Part shown: positions 52,884 through 64,000 of the stretch, in pieces | Position numbering within the stretch: the first letter of the stretch is position 1 | How the letters are laid out: the number at the start of each line of letters is the position of its first letter | Assembly: GCA_025201805.1 (NCBI GenBank) | Contig: MU619309.1 | Coordinates: 1-64,000 of the forward strand | DNA: 64,000 nucleotides | Source: Parasitella parasitica NRRL 2501 | Taxonomy: Eukaryota > Fungi > Mucoromycota | Direction: 5' to 3' | Made by a program: the position numbers and the translations under genes | Notes under the pieces: model-generated | What the model was told of the DNA's origin: nothing | Seen by the model: only the letters and a program-made list of their open reading frames with translations | Databases searched by the model: none

Positions 52884-53104
52884 ATGGGGTTCGTTCGTTT
52901 TGGTCAATTCATTAGTAGATGCAATAAAAGTTCAGATCCAACAAGCCCATATGTTTGCTTTGGCCGAGGCAAAAGTTACTGCCTTGTTCACAAGCGATAC
53001 TTTGAAAACAGCTGGTGTCCAGATTGCAGTCGTTCAAGTCGTAAGTTGTATAAAATTATGATCTGAGGATTTTGTTATTGAAAAACACTTTGATAGATCA
53101 TTAA
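52884..53104 (+). CDS. Putative 54-aa Cys/His microprotein (intron 53041-53096)
   Basis: TATAAATA at ~52810, T-rich leader, AAAAAATG start context, GTAAGT...TAG intron; product MGFVRFGQFISRCNKSSDPTSPYVCFGRGKSYCLVHKRYFENSWCPDCSRSSHH. Confidence 0.55.
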
Positions 53105-55538
53105 CTGATGTATGTCCTATATCCATTAAAAAACATGAACCAAAAAAAAAGTATAGCCGCCGCGCCGAAAAAGCTACTCTTCTCCTCTTCATATCGTCTT
53201 TAGTTCCATACTGTAAATGTTTCCTGCCTTATCTCTCCATTTTCAACAACAACAACAACAACCGCAACCGCAACCAAAAAAAAAAAGAAATCTCTTTTTT
53301 ACGAGAAACTATATTCCCTCATCTTTTCTATTACCCTTCTTTTTAAAAAAAATTATGTAATATCTATGTCCCTATTCTTTTTGTCAATCAGTAGAATCAT
53401 TGGCAATAAAAAAACGTAAAAAAATTATATTATTATATACTCTTAACATATCCTTTTTTTTCAAAAAAAAAATGAAATAAATTCAATTACTATTATTATC
53501 ATGATAAGAAGCACGACCATTTCTCTGGGGAGCATTAAGATTGACAAAAAAAATGAAGGAATCTTTGGCGATCTTGCCCACGTTTCAGTTACAAGATTTT
53601 GAGTAGAAATCGTTCTAATAAGTTGTGATCGCATGATTACGCACAAACACCGCACAGGTATTTCATGTGTAACTCCATAATATATTGAGCTGAGGAAAAC
53701 CTGTGTGATTAAAGCAACATTATGATTTATTATCTTGTTTGCGAAATATCAAATAAAATTTTGCGTGCATGACCTTGGTTGTTGTATACAAATGCTGTAC
53801 ATCAAGCTTTTGCTATATACTTTTTCTTGATTGCACCCCTTCATCGTCTTAGATTAAAGAATAAGTTTGTATAAAATAAAGTAATAGTGCCCAACTCTAG
53901 TTTCTATATTGGGAGAATAACTTTATAAGGATTTCTGTATGTCAGTTCAGCAGACCTTATTAATCTATAATTAACTTTTATACGACTGTTTCTATTGAAG
54001 TAAATTCATTTTGTCCTTAGTATGTATTACACTGCAGTGTTATGTGTATCATGTCTGTTATTTGACGCCAAATATGTATTTGCTATTTATTTATAAAGTT
54101 GCATCATATTCGATAGACAAAAAAGGACTTGTAGTAAATTCGTAATAAATCGACTACATAGAGAGTTATTTTGGAGAGATACATAGCATATTAAGTGTAA
54201 CAAAGTCAGCAATATAAATACATTGATAAAAAGGAATGCATTTCATTATACACTTGTATACATTTGCGTTTTTGTACTACAAAATACAAGAAGCTGTACA
54301 TTTTTTGGATCATGTATTATATATAATAAAATAATGGGTATGCATGCATATTATATGTACCTCCTACCAAAACCCCATAAAATCTACTTTGCATATATTT
54401 TTTTACATTCAAAAAAAAGTATGGGCGTCTGCATCATCTATGAATATAGGTTTAAAAGTAGGGTTTCACTTGATTGCTGCAAAAACATCTGAATTAGGTA
54501 TATAACATTTTTGTTTCGTTCCATTGTACGACGCACATCGTAATTGAAACTTAAGAATTCAAAAATACTCAAATCATATACGTTAACTGGATTTAACTAG
54601 ACTAGTAATATACATATACAGCATGTAATCGTCTGGATAATTGGTTGATTTATCATACCAAGGCAATAAAATAAAGTTATGCTTTTCATCTCGTATAAAT
54701 ATAGTTTCAAGTGCTACAATTGCCATTTTTCTTCAAGTTTTTCTCATAAAAAGAAAATACGAATGAACTCTACAGCTCATTTCAATAAGTATGCACGCTT
54801 GAAAAATCTATCATCCTTTCTTTGACAAGTACAAAAATCTTAAAATTGAATCAGTGTAGGGTACGACGGATGTTGAAAATATTCTGTTCTGTCGTTGCCA
54901 TGGAAACAAAATCAGGAACAACCTTGCCCATCTTATGGCTCTATGAATTCAACTGGACAAGCTTTTTTTTAAAAAAAATGAAAAGTAATTGGTCAAGTAA
55001 TTAAAGTAAATACGAGTCCTCAAATATTACTCCTATAGATATACAACATTCGTCAATCTTCAAGCCAGGAGAAAGACATTATTTGCACTGAAATCTATAC
55101 TCTAATATAGGTGGTCTTTCGCAAACACCATTTGCCAAACTTATACAAAAGTATTATCCAGCATGTGCTGCTCTTTTGTGAAAATCCTATGAAAAATAGG
55201 ATGAAAAGAGAATGTTACCAAAGCTTTCTGAGGTTTTATAATTCTTAAATTTTTACAATTCCAGAACGACGTTGAATGCTTCTTTAAAGAACATTTCAGC
55301 ATTTCATTTTTTTTTAACGCTATCGATAAACGGAATTATAGAAACGCCTAGACATAATGGTAAACTTTTAAAATGTATTTAAAGCGTGCAAAAAAGTATC
55401 GTTATGTAAATTGCAGTAAAGCTCATTATCTCCATGCATTTTTTTTTTGAATGATAGAAACAAGCGGGAGAAAGAATCCCCGAGCCTATGTTACATGGAA
55501 GAAATCAAGTGTAAGCCAATTAAAACAAGATGCCTCAT

Positions 55539-55670
55539 TGAGTCACTGCCTGTTCAAGCATTTTGTGGTCGGATCTACGAATTGACAGGTAACCAAGGCG
55601 CCTGAGTCACTAGCAACTACACGCAACTTGGTAAAGATTGACCAATAGTATCAGTAATCTTATTGAGTCA
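55539..55670. promoter_or_regulatory. Three Gcn4/CpcA (AP-1-type) TGAGTCA sites upstream of LEU1
   Basis: Exact TGAGTCA at 55539-55545, 55603-55609 and 55664-55670, within 250 bp of the ATG. Confidence 0.75.
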
Positions 55671-55783
55671 GGATAAATGCAAATCATTACTTTATAATAG
55701 CTTGCTCGCATCCGCAGGCTTTTCTTATTTCTTTAACTTGTTTCTTACATTTTTTAAAAAAAAATATACAACACCCCTTAATA

Positions 55784-58036
55784 ATGTCTCGCACACTCTA
55801 TGATAAAGTCTGGGATGATCATGTCTTTGATGAGCAAGATGATGGCACTTGTTTGATATATATTGACAGACACCTTGTACACGAAGTTACTAGTCCTCAA
55901 GCCTTTGAGGGCCTTCGTAACGCAAATCGTCCTGTGCGCCGTCCTGATTGTACTCTTGCCACTGTAGATCATAACATTCCCACCACAACCAGAAAAGAAT
56001 TTAAAAATATCACCAGTTTTATCAGGGAGACTGATTCAAGAATTCAATGTGAAACTCTTGAGCAAAATGTTGAGGCCTTTGGCCTTACTTATTTCGGTAT
56101 GGAGGATAACCGTCAAGGTATTGTGCATGTTATCGGCCCTGAGCAAGGTTTCACTCTCCCTGGAACCACCGTTGTGTGTGGTGATTCGCATACATCTACA
56201 CATGGTGCGTTTGGTGCTCTCGCTTTTGGTATTGGAACATCCGAGGTAGAGCATGTCCTTGCTACTCAAACTCTTCTTCAAAAGAAATCAAAAAACATGC
56301 GTATCCGTGTTCAAGGTGAGGCTCTTCCAGGCGTCACTTCCAAGGATATCGTTCTCCACATAATTGGTGTTATCGGTACTGCTGGTGGTACCGGCTGTGT
56401 CATTGAGTTCTGCGGTGATGCTATTGCTGCTCTGTCAATGGAATCCAGAATGTCTATTTGTAACATGTCAATTGAAGCTGGTGCTCGTGCTGGTATGGTT
56501 GCTCCTGACGAAATCACTTTTGAATACCTCCGTGGTAAACCTCTCGCCCCCAAAGGTGCTGAATGGGATTCTGCCGTCAATTATTGGAAGTCCCTCAGTT
56601 CTGACCCTGACGCCAAATATGATATTAACGTAGAAATCAATGCTGCTGATATTGCCCCCACTCTTACTTGGGGTACTAGCCCTCAAGATGTTGTGCCCAT
56701 TACTGGCTCTACCCCTGATCCAGCAAAGATTGAAGATCCTGTTCGCCGTTCTGCCGTCCAACGCGCTCTTGATTATATTGGCATTGCTCCCAACACTCCT
56801 ATGGAAGGTGTCAAGGTAGATAAGGTATTTATTGGCAGTTGCACCAATTCTCGTATTGAGGATCTTCGCGCTGCCGCTGCTGTTGTAAAGGGTAAGCGTG
56901 CTGCTGAATGGGTGGATGCTATGGTCGTGCCTGGTTCAGGTTTAGTAAAGCGCCAAGCTGAACGCGAGGGACTGGACAAAATCTTCACCGATGCTGGTTT
57001 TGACTGGAGGGAAGCTGGTTGCTCCATGTGCCTTGGTATGAACCCTGATCAACTGAAGCCTGGAGAACGTTGTGCATCTACATCCAACCGTAATTTTGAG
57101 GGTCGTCAAGGTGCTGGTGGTCGTACTCATCTTGTAAGTCCTGCTATGGCTGCTGCTGCTGGTATCAAGGGCTGCCTTACCGATGTTCGCAACATGGAAA
57201 TCTCTGAAATTCCTGGCACTCCTAAGCAAAGTCCTCGTCAAGAAGTTTCAGCCCAATTTGAGTCTGAAGATCAAGCTGAAGCTAGCTCCAGTGCGAACCC
57301 CACCGCTGCTGCTACTACATCAACCAGTGCTGGTGAATCTACTGGTATGCCCAAGTTTGATACTCTCAAGGGTTATGCTGCTCCTCTTGATATTTCCAAT
57401 GTCGACACCGATATGATTATTCCCAAGCAGTTCCTCAAGACCATCAAACGTACAGGTCTCGGTAGTGCACTCTTCTATGCTCTTCGCTTCGACGCTGCCA
57501 CCAAAGAAGAAAACCCTGACTTTATCCTCAATCAAGAACCTTATCGCCAAGCTCGCATCCTGGTGTGCACTGGGCCCAATTTCGGTTGCGGTAGCTCTCG
57601 TGAGCATGCTCCTTGGGCCTTTAACGACTTTGGTATCCGATGCATCCTTGCACCCAGTTTTGCTGATATTTTCTACAACAATTGCTTCAAGAACGGCATG
57701 CTTCCGATCGTCCTCCCTCAAGAACAATTAGAAGCCATTCACGCTGAAGCAAAGAAGGGAACAGAAGTTGAAGTGGACCTTATCAATCAGGTCGTTCATT
57801 TTGCCGGTAATCAAGTTGATTTTGAAGTAGAGCCTTTCCGTAAACACTGTCTTGTTAATGGCCTGGATGATATTGGATTGACTATGCAAAAGGCTGATAA
57901 GATTGCCGAGTTTGAAGTGAAACGCACTAATTTATGGCCCTGGTTAGATGGAAAGGGTTACAAAGGAAAGGCCACTAAAATCCCTGTCAATAGTGGTGAA
58001 GGCCATCAAAATAAGAAAACCAAGCTCGATTGGTAA
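55784..58036 (+). CDS. LEU1: 3-isopropylmalate dehydratase (fused LeuC-LeuD; leuA in Mucor), intronless
   Basis: [69 protein letters not shown]. Confidence 0.98.
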   Translation: MSRTLYDKVWDDHVFDEQDDGTCLIYIDRHLVHEVTSPQAFEGLRNANRPVRRPDCTLATVDHNIPTTTRKEFKNITSFIRETDSRIQCETLEQNVEAFGLTYFGMEDNRQGIVHVIGPEQGFTLPGTTVVCGDSHTSTHGAFGALAFGIGTSEVEHVLATQTLLQKKSKNMRIRVQGEALPGVTSKDIVLHIIGVIGTAGGTGCVIEFCGDAIAALSMESRMSICNMSIEAGARAGMVAPDEITFEYLRGKPLAPKGAEWDSAVNYWKSLSSDPDAKYDINVEINAADIAPTLTWGTSPQDVVPITGSTPDPAKIEDPVRRSAVQRALDYIGIAPNTPMEGVKVDKVFIGSCTNSRIEDLRAAAAVVKGKRAAEWVDAMVVPGSGLVKRQAEREGLDKIFTDAGFDWREAGCSMCLGMNPDQLKPGERCASTSNRNFEGRQGAGGRTHLVSPAMAAAAGIKGCLTDVRNMEISEIPGTPKQSPRQEVSAQFESEDQAEASSSANPTAAATTSTSAGESTGMPKFDTLKGYAAPLDISNVDTDMIIPKQFLKTIKRTGLGSALFYALRFDAATKEENPDFILNQEPYRQARILVCTGPNFGCGSSREHAPWAFNDFGIRCILAPSFADIFYNNCFKNGMLPIVLPQEQLEAIHAEAKKGTEVEVDLINQVVHFAGNQVDFEVEPFRKHCLVNGLDDIGLTMQKADKIAEFEVKRTNLWPWLDGKGYKGKATKIPVNSGEGHQNKKTKLDW

Positions 58037-58214
58037 TATATGGAATAAAAAGCTTCTTTTGCTCATTATTATTATTTTTTTTGCAATCTCTTGTCAATCT
58101 CTCTCTTTTTCTTTATATATATATATCCCAACATTTACAACACAAAATATACTACAATTTGTTTTGAATAAACTGCATATTTTATACTCCTGTATAATTG
58201 AATCGATCTCTAAT

Positions 58215-59992
58215 GTCACATTTGAAGAGTGAACGAAGCCAATATATTACCAATGTCTAGCTTCATTCCGTTGGTGCAAATTTGGAAAATATCACAAAGC
58301 TCAAAGACCAGCTTGCTTCCATTAAAACCGTTAATGTTATGGCTGATTTTATTGAAGCTGCCAGTTTATCTGTTTACATCTTTAAAGAAGCAAAAGCACT
58401 CGAGGATTCAGGGAATCATAGGAAACAATCAATATGCCTGTGTTTTGTATCCAAATGATTTTGTCTAACCCGGATATCAAATAGTGGTACCACAGGTGTC
58501 GTATTGACTCAAGCTGCCAGCGTAGCAGCTATCACTGGTATTTCCGCTGTGGATGACAAAGTGACATTTGCTTTGATCGCCAAAGAAGACGTTTACATGT
58601 TCTACCTTCCTTTTGCTCATGTATTTGAGCAAGCTGCTCAAGGTATTGACTTATTCAAGGGCGCAGCTCATTATTAGTTACACGAAAAAACAAAAAACAA
58701 ATGTGCATAATCCACAAACAATTGTACTCATATAACGACATCCGTGTGCACATTAGGGCGACACTCTTAATTTGTTGGACGACATTGCTGAACTGAAACC
58801 CACAGTGTTCTGCTCTGTCCCTAGACTATTCCACCGTATCTACGATAAAGTTTTGGCTGGCGTCAAGGCGAAGGGTGGTGTCTCTGCCAAGCTCTTCAAC
58901 ATGGCCTTCCAAGCAAAGAAGGACAACCTCAGCAAGTCTGTAAACCATTGGCTTTGGGATCGCCTTGTCTTTGGCGGTGTAAGTTTGTTTAGCATTATAT
59001 TTGCTGTCAATGTCTCATACCCTCATTAGATCCGTCAAAAACTAGGTGGCCGTATTCGTTTTATCCTTAGTGGATCTGCACCTGTCGCACCCGACGTGAT
59101 GGATTTCATGCGTATCTGTTTCTCAGCAAAGGTGTTCGAAGGCTATGGACAAACCGAGAATTTCTGTGCTGGCTGTTTGGTAAGTTATGCAGTCAGAGAA
59201 AGGGAAAGAGGGTGTTATTGACAAACAACTAGACTATTTCTGACGACAATACTTCTGGTGTTGTCGGTGTGCCCTTCCCATGTTCCGAAATCAAGCTTGT
59301 TGATGTTCCTGACATGGAGTACCATGCTACAGATAAACCTTACCCTCGTGGTGAGATTTGAATTTGTGGTCACTCACTTATGCGCGAATACTACAAAGCT
59401 CCTGAAAAGACAGCAGAGACAATCGATCAAGATGGGTGGCTGCATACTGGTGATATTGGTTTATTTGATTCTGCAAGCCGTATTGTTATCATTGATCGTT
59501 TGAAGAACATTTTCAAATTGTCTCAGGTTAGTAGACGTTTATTTGTGTTGTCTTCCAGTCATCAGAAACTCACCTATTGTACGTACGTAGGGTGAATATA
59601 TCGCCCCTGAAAAGATTGAGGGTGTCTATCAAAAGCATGATGTTTACGGTGACTCTATGCAAGCTTCTTTAGTCGGCGTTATTGTTCCCGACAAAGATTC
59701 CTTCTCTGCATGGTTGGCTAAAACCCATGCTTCCGTACCCGCTTCTGAAGCACTCGAAAATGAAGAAGTGAAGAAAGATGTCCTCAAGGTTTTGAATGCT
59801 TATGGCAAGCAAAATGACCTCAAGGGCTTTGAACAAATCAGAGACATTCATTTGACCTTTGACGAATTCACTATTGATAATGATCTCTTGACACCCACAT
59901 TCAAATTGAAACGTGAAAGTGCAAAGAAGGTTTATCAATCCCAAATTGAAGCCATGTATGCTACTTTATCTAATGGTAGAGCCTTTAATTAA
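58215..59992 (+). pseudogene. Long-chain fatty acyl-CoA synthetase pseudogene (5'-degraded)
   Basis: SGTTG without the following PKG, YLPFAHVFE, SGSAP, EGYGQTE, in-frame TGA at 59359-59361 (PRGEI*), [41 protein letters not shown]. Confidence 0.85.
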
Positions 59993-61735
59993 TACCTAAA
60001 ACCCTTATACGCACATTTACTACTCTTTTTTTTTTTTTTTTCTTGTCTCTAACTTGTGTATACATTAAATAATTCGATCGTGTTTTTTATTGTAATTAAT
60101 TTTTGCAAGCCTGTTTTTCTAATGGAATGGTTGCATCAGAAACCATATTGCTATGGCACTTGTGCACTGACCAGCGTAAAACACACAGCCGTTTCGAACC
60201 TCCTTCCCCTTCTTCTTCACAAGTTTTAAGGTTTCCATTTAGGCATTCTAAAGATACGAATTGTGCTCCGTAACACAAGAAAAGGGATCATTTTCACATG
60301 TGAAAAGTAACCCGATGGATTTTTTGTTAGATACCAATGCCAACCACTGTGGTTTTATATGGCTACCTAAATAGACATATTGGCATATTACAATTTATAT
60401 ATTTAGGAAAATCAGCGACAAAGTCTCTTGCTATCTCGTAGACGTCTATCTAGGGGTAATTGCACATCACACACATCCAATTTATTTTTACTTGTTGGTA
60501 CCAACTACCAGTGATGTCTAAGGTTGTAGCAGTATCGAATAAAGTCTATAATTCGTGGAAAAGTTTGACATTGTAATTTGGATGGTTATATACAACGTGC
60601 GGATCTTTGATGTGAATTCTGATTTGCAGATCCAAGTACTGACATATCCATACCCACACAGAAGATATTGGCAAGGATTGCTCAATACTTGTGTATAGTA
60701 GATCAACCTAAAATAATTTATTGAGTAATAAAGTATGCAGTCAGAACAAGATATGGACTCAAAAGACCTGCGATGAGCATCCAAACTCTTTATTAATTTC
60801 AATAGCAAGTTTCTAATGAGAAAAGTCATTACGGAAAACGTGATAAAAAACAAAACATTAAAATTATTCACTAAGCTACTCATTGTATCAATCTACTAGT
60901 GTTTTACTATTGCAAGGCGAAGATCCAAAAAATAGAACTAAAACACACACACACACACATACACATATTTCTTGATACGATGAGGCCACAAGGCGACACC
61001 GTTTCTCGAAAAGCTAAGACGCATATACGATTTGCTGGAGTGTCTATTGTAATTAAACCTTTGGTTGGGTTTCTATAGCCACAACTGAACTGCAACATCA
61101 GACGTAGATCCCTTTATAAGTGACATCCATGGGACTTGCAAGAAGGTAATGGAGACACGGGTTATCCTACCAAACACGGCCGCGAATACACCACCATTGT
61201 TAGATGCTTGCAATTCTGCCTAGACAGGATAAAAGACAAACAACAGGTCTAGGAAAACCCAATACAATTGCTGAAGGACAATTATGAGCAGTATGGCGTT
61301 TTGATTTCTCCTACGCTATCCTGTGCCAAAAGATCACAAGACGCCCATCCAGAGCAAAAGCCTCGTCTATAAATACACAATAGTGAATGAGTTCATACCC
61401 GGATAAAACGCCATATTCAATGCAATCATTTACGATATCATAGCAAATGAACTCATTACCAACATAATACATCATGTGCAATTTGAAAGTGAATGATCAA
61501 CATATCACAGGGTACCAATGGTGCGTGTATTAATTAACCAAGATTAGCACGTATTGAACTTTTAAATATATAAAGTGAATGAGCCCAATAAGTGATGTTA
61601 TGTATAAATATACGAGCTTTGAAGCGTTTCTGGAATAATTTTTATTATTATTATTAATTATATCCAACAATGAACCTTTGCACTAGTAAGTCGTAGCAAT
61701 CAAAAGTAGCTTTATTAGAAGAAGACTTATCGAGC

Positions 61736-62467
61736 ATGCTTTATCGTAATCTTTTAGTTAGTTCCGCCAACAATAAAACGAAGCCAGACAGCACCCTTAG
61801 AATACTTGACGCTGTTATAACAGATGAATGTCCTGCTTCTTCCATCCAGTCTTTCAAAAATAACTTTCCAGCATTGGAATCTTTGAATTTGGAGTATAAG
61901 ATAAAAGAAACACAAACAGAATACGAATCTACTCTTTGGTGGAATCAGTTGACAGAAGTTTGCCAGGGTCTTAAAGATTACCAAATCACAATCATTAGCC
62001 CTAACCATGAAGATTACTCGATTCAACTCGAAAACTATGCCGATTTTCTACAAAAAATTGTAGGCACAGTTGTAATAGAATACGAGAGAAAGGCTTCAAT
62101 TCGCTTGGAAATAACTGATAATTGGACATTGGAGGTAGAGCATAATGGTTCAAAGCTTCAGCTTGTCGGATTGGACTTTTTAGGATCCAGCATCTACGCA
62201 GAAGACCTTGTTAAACAAATCTTTGAAAAGGTGTTGAAACCATTTAGTCCCAAGCGCCTCAATATAGTCTATGAAGAGAAGAAACGAGAGTACACGTTTT
62301 TCGACAAGGTTAAAGAATTCTTCATGACAAGAAAAGAGCCACCCATCCTTGCTACAATGAACGACCATATTAGATTTTTTCGCAGGGATTGTTATTTTTC
62401 GAGTGTATCTTCTGAACAAAGTTATAGCAGCACAGATGGCTTTTATAGCCACTGGTCATTTGAATAA
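61736..62467 (+). CDS. Hypothetical protein (243 aa), lineage-specific
   Basis: Long uninterrupted ORF in AT-rich DNA with upstream TATA-like elements; FPALESLNL resembles an LRR segment; no family recognised. Confidence 0.5.
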   Translation: MLYRNLLVSSANNKTKPDSTLRILDAVITDECPASSIQSFKNNFPALESLNLEYKIKETQTEYESTLWWNQLTEVCQGLKDYQITIISPNHEDYSIQLENYADFLQKIVGTVVIEYERKASIRLEITDNWTLEVEHNGSKLQLVGLDFLGSSIYAEDLVKQIFEKVLKPFSPKRLNIVYEEKKREYTFFDKVKEFFMTRKEPPILATMNDHIRFFRRDCYFSSVSSEQSYSSTDGFYSHWSFE

Positions 62468-63154
62468 CCCACTGTTACAATTAGCTCAAGAAAATTGCTA
62501 TGAAGACCCCCTCACAATCCTTTGTATATGTTCTTGTTCAAATTTATAGAGATCTTATAAATATGCCCTAGAAAATAACTATGAATAAACAGCTTTAACT
62601 TTCTTTTTCCCAAACTCAAAATTCTTATCTAAGCTTTGGCTTCGATTTTATCTTTCAAGTTGTTGATACTTTACTTTTAGCTCTATGTCTGCCTTCTTTT
62701 TTTACTCTTATTTTACAAGTTAAAATCTTTTAAAGGGTACTTCTTGCTAGTGTTTATCACTACAAAGAAAACCACCGTATAAGCGATAATAACAGAATTA
62801 ATCTCTTTTATTGAAGAAAGATTCTTCTCTGAGAGTTCTCGAAAGGAACCACTAATGCTCGCGGAATTTTTGAGCGACTAGCGGAAATGAGACAGCATAT
62901 TGCGGAAGTTCATGGTACAAGCCGGATCATTTCAACAATTGATGTTTACTGTTATGCTTGGAACCAGAAGGGGTTTTTTTACTCCAATTGCGGCATTGCC
63001 GAATATCGTAAAGAAGGTAATGTACTACAATCTCTACTACGCCACGAAATGTAGTTTGCTTATGTAACAATTATTTTTGACTCATAGAAAACATTAGCCC
63101 GAATGCAGCAATATAAATAAATAAACGCATCTCTCTTTTTTTCTGTTTTTAACA

Positions 63155-63964
63155 ATGAAAACTGACAATAATAGCAGTAATAGTAAGCAAATTGCCGATC
63201 AAAGCTACGGCATCCTTTCGTTGAGAGATGGAGTGTTCCTGAATGCATTTGGTTCTATGGTATGTTGGCTATATATATTCTACTGTACAATTTTCGCATC
63301 AGTATTAATTGATTGTTCAAGGTTCTTACTCCTCTCATTCCTACTTGTAAGCCAACTCGCCATTTATCGATCCATTAAAAAAAAAAGTATATACTAATAC
63401 AGTATTCGCAGCTACTTCATCAAATGATTACGTATCAAAGTATTTCCACTTTCGTGTTCCCGGTGTGCAATTCCCTGTCGATAGTCTGCTCGTAGTGTCA
63501 CTTGCAATGAACGCCGTTGGGATGTGGGGATGCTACAAGGTAATAGTCATATTGCAGGATCACTGAGCACCTTACTAAAATTTCAGCTCTGATAGAAATC
63601 AAAGAAGCTTATTCGTTACCACAAGTACTACTGTTATTATGAATCAGTATGCACGCCTCTAGTGGTTATACAGTCTTTGTGGTGTTCTTATCGGAATATA
63701 GGTGCCGTTCTTGCAGAGAGCAACACAAGTTGGGAGTCGTTCAGAAAAAGCATGAAAGAAGAGTATGGTAGATATGTCTTTGTCGCATTTGGAGCATTCA
63801 TGGGCACTTGTTTCGCTCAGATGGTAATATAATTCAAATACAAGGGTGATTTGGTTTAATAGAGATCTAAATATCTTTGAATGTGATAGCTATACGCTGC
63901 TTACTTGGCTCGTCAATATGAGAAACATTTGCAGGTAGAAGCACCTGAGGAAGATGAACTTTAA
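63155..63964 (+). CDS. Small multi-pass membrane protein, 5 exons
   Basis: Four GT-AG introns join an in-frame product (MKTDNN...YGILSLRDGVFL / VLTPLIPT / ...LLVVSLAMNAVGMWGCYK / KSKKLIRYH...FVAFGAFMGTCFAQM / LYAAYLARQYEKHL...EL*) with 3-4 hydrophobic segments. Confidence 0.65.
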
Positions 63965-64000
63965 ACCTCGTCTATCAATTAGAATTCACTCATTGATGCA

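Noticed and set aside
49600-55500. AT-rich gene-poor stretch as a centromere
   Set aside because: No full-length LINE cluster or recognisable Mucor centromere motif; better explained as intergenic and regulatory DNA.
56036-57731. Antisense and alternate-frame ORFs over LEU1 (and similar ones over FUM1, GCV1, PRO3)
   Set aside because: Shadow ORFs caused by codon bias in conserved genes; no motifs of their own.
60500-61400. Minus-strand coding-like fragments
   Set aside because: Frequent stops and no identifiable family; left unannotated.
62760-63060. GC-richer patch with small hairpins (GTTCTC-GAAA-GGAAC) as RNase P/MRP or another ncRNA
   Set aside because: Conserved P4 motifs do not match, and one frame stays open for ~70 codons, so a decayed coding fragment is at least as likely.

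Overview
AT-rich, intron-containing eukaryotic DNA from a Mucorales fungus (Mucoraceae-like, judged from the leuA, HsbA and TE-family sequences and the short 50-80 nt GT-AG introns). It holds about 20 intact host genes: PRO3, ARF6, a Hal4/Npr1-type kinase, SDH5, an LMBR1-family protein, an MDR oxidoreductase, TMEM97/EXPERA, a histidine phosphatase, a TBC Rab-GAP, GCV1, a DHA1 MFS transporter, HsbA, FUM1, a ZIP transporter, a type I membrane protein, a SET-MYND protein, an aconitase paralog, LEU1 and several small unknowns. Between them lie pseudogenes (secreted choice-of-anchor-A-like protein, ABCB fragment, acyl-CoA synthetase) and TE debris (DIRS, Helitron, Tc1-like HTH, a 5'-truncated LINE with an 11-bp TSD). 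Main highlights: (1) an intact, apparently mitochondrially targeted aconitase paralog in which two of the three Fe-S ligand cysteines are replaced (Cys358->Asp, Cys424->Ser) while the acid/base residues are kept, next to a SET-MYND protein that has lost its SAM-binding motifs; (2) a decayed Fanzor (eukaryotic TnpB-like RNA-guided nuclease) locus with a downstream hairpin region that may be its omegaRNA; (3) spliced microprotein genes missed by the ORF track. Family assignments come from motif recognition by eye; no database searches were run.
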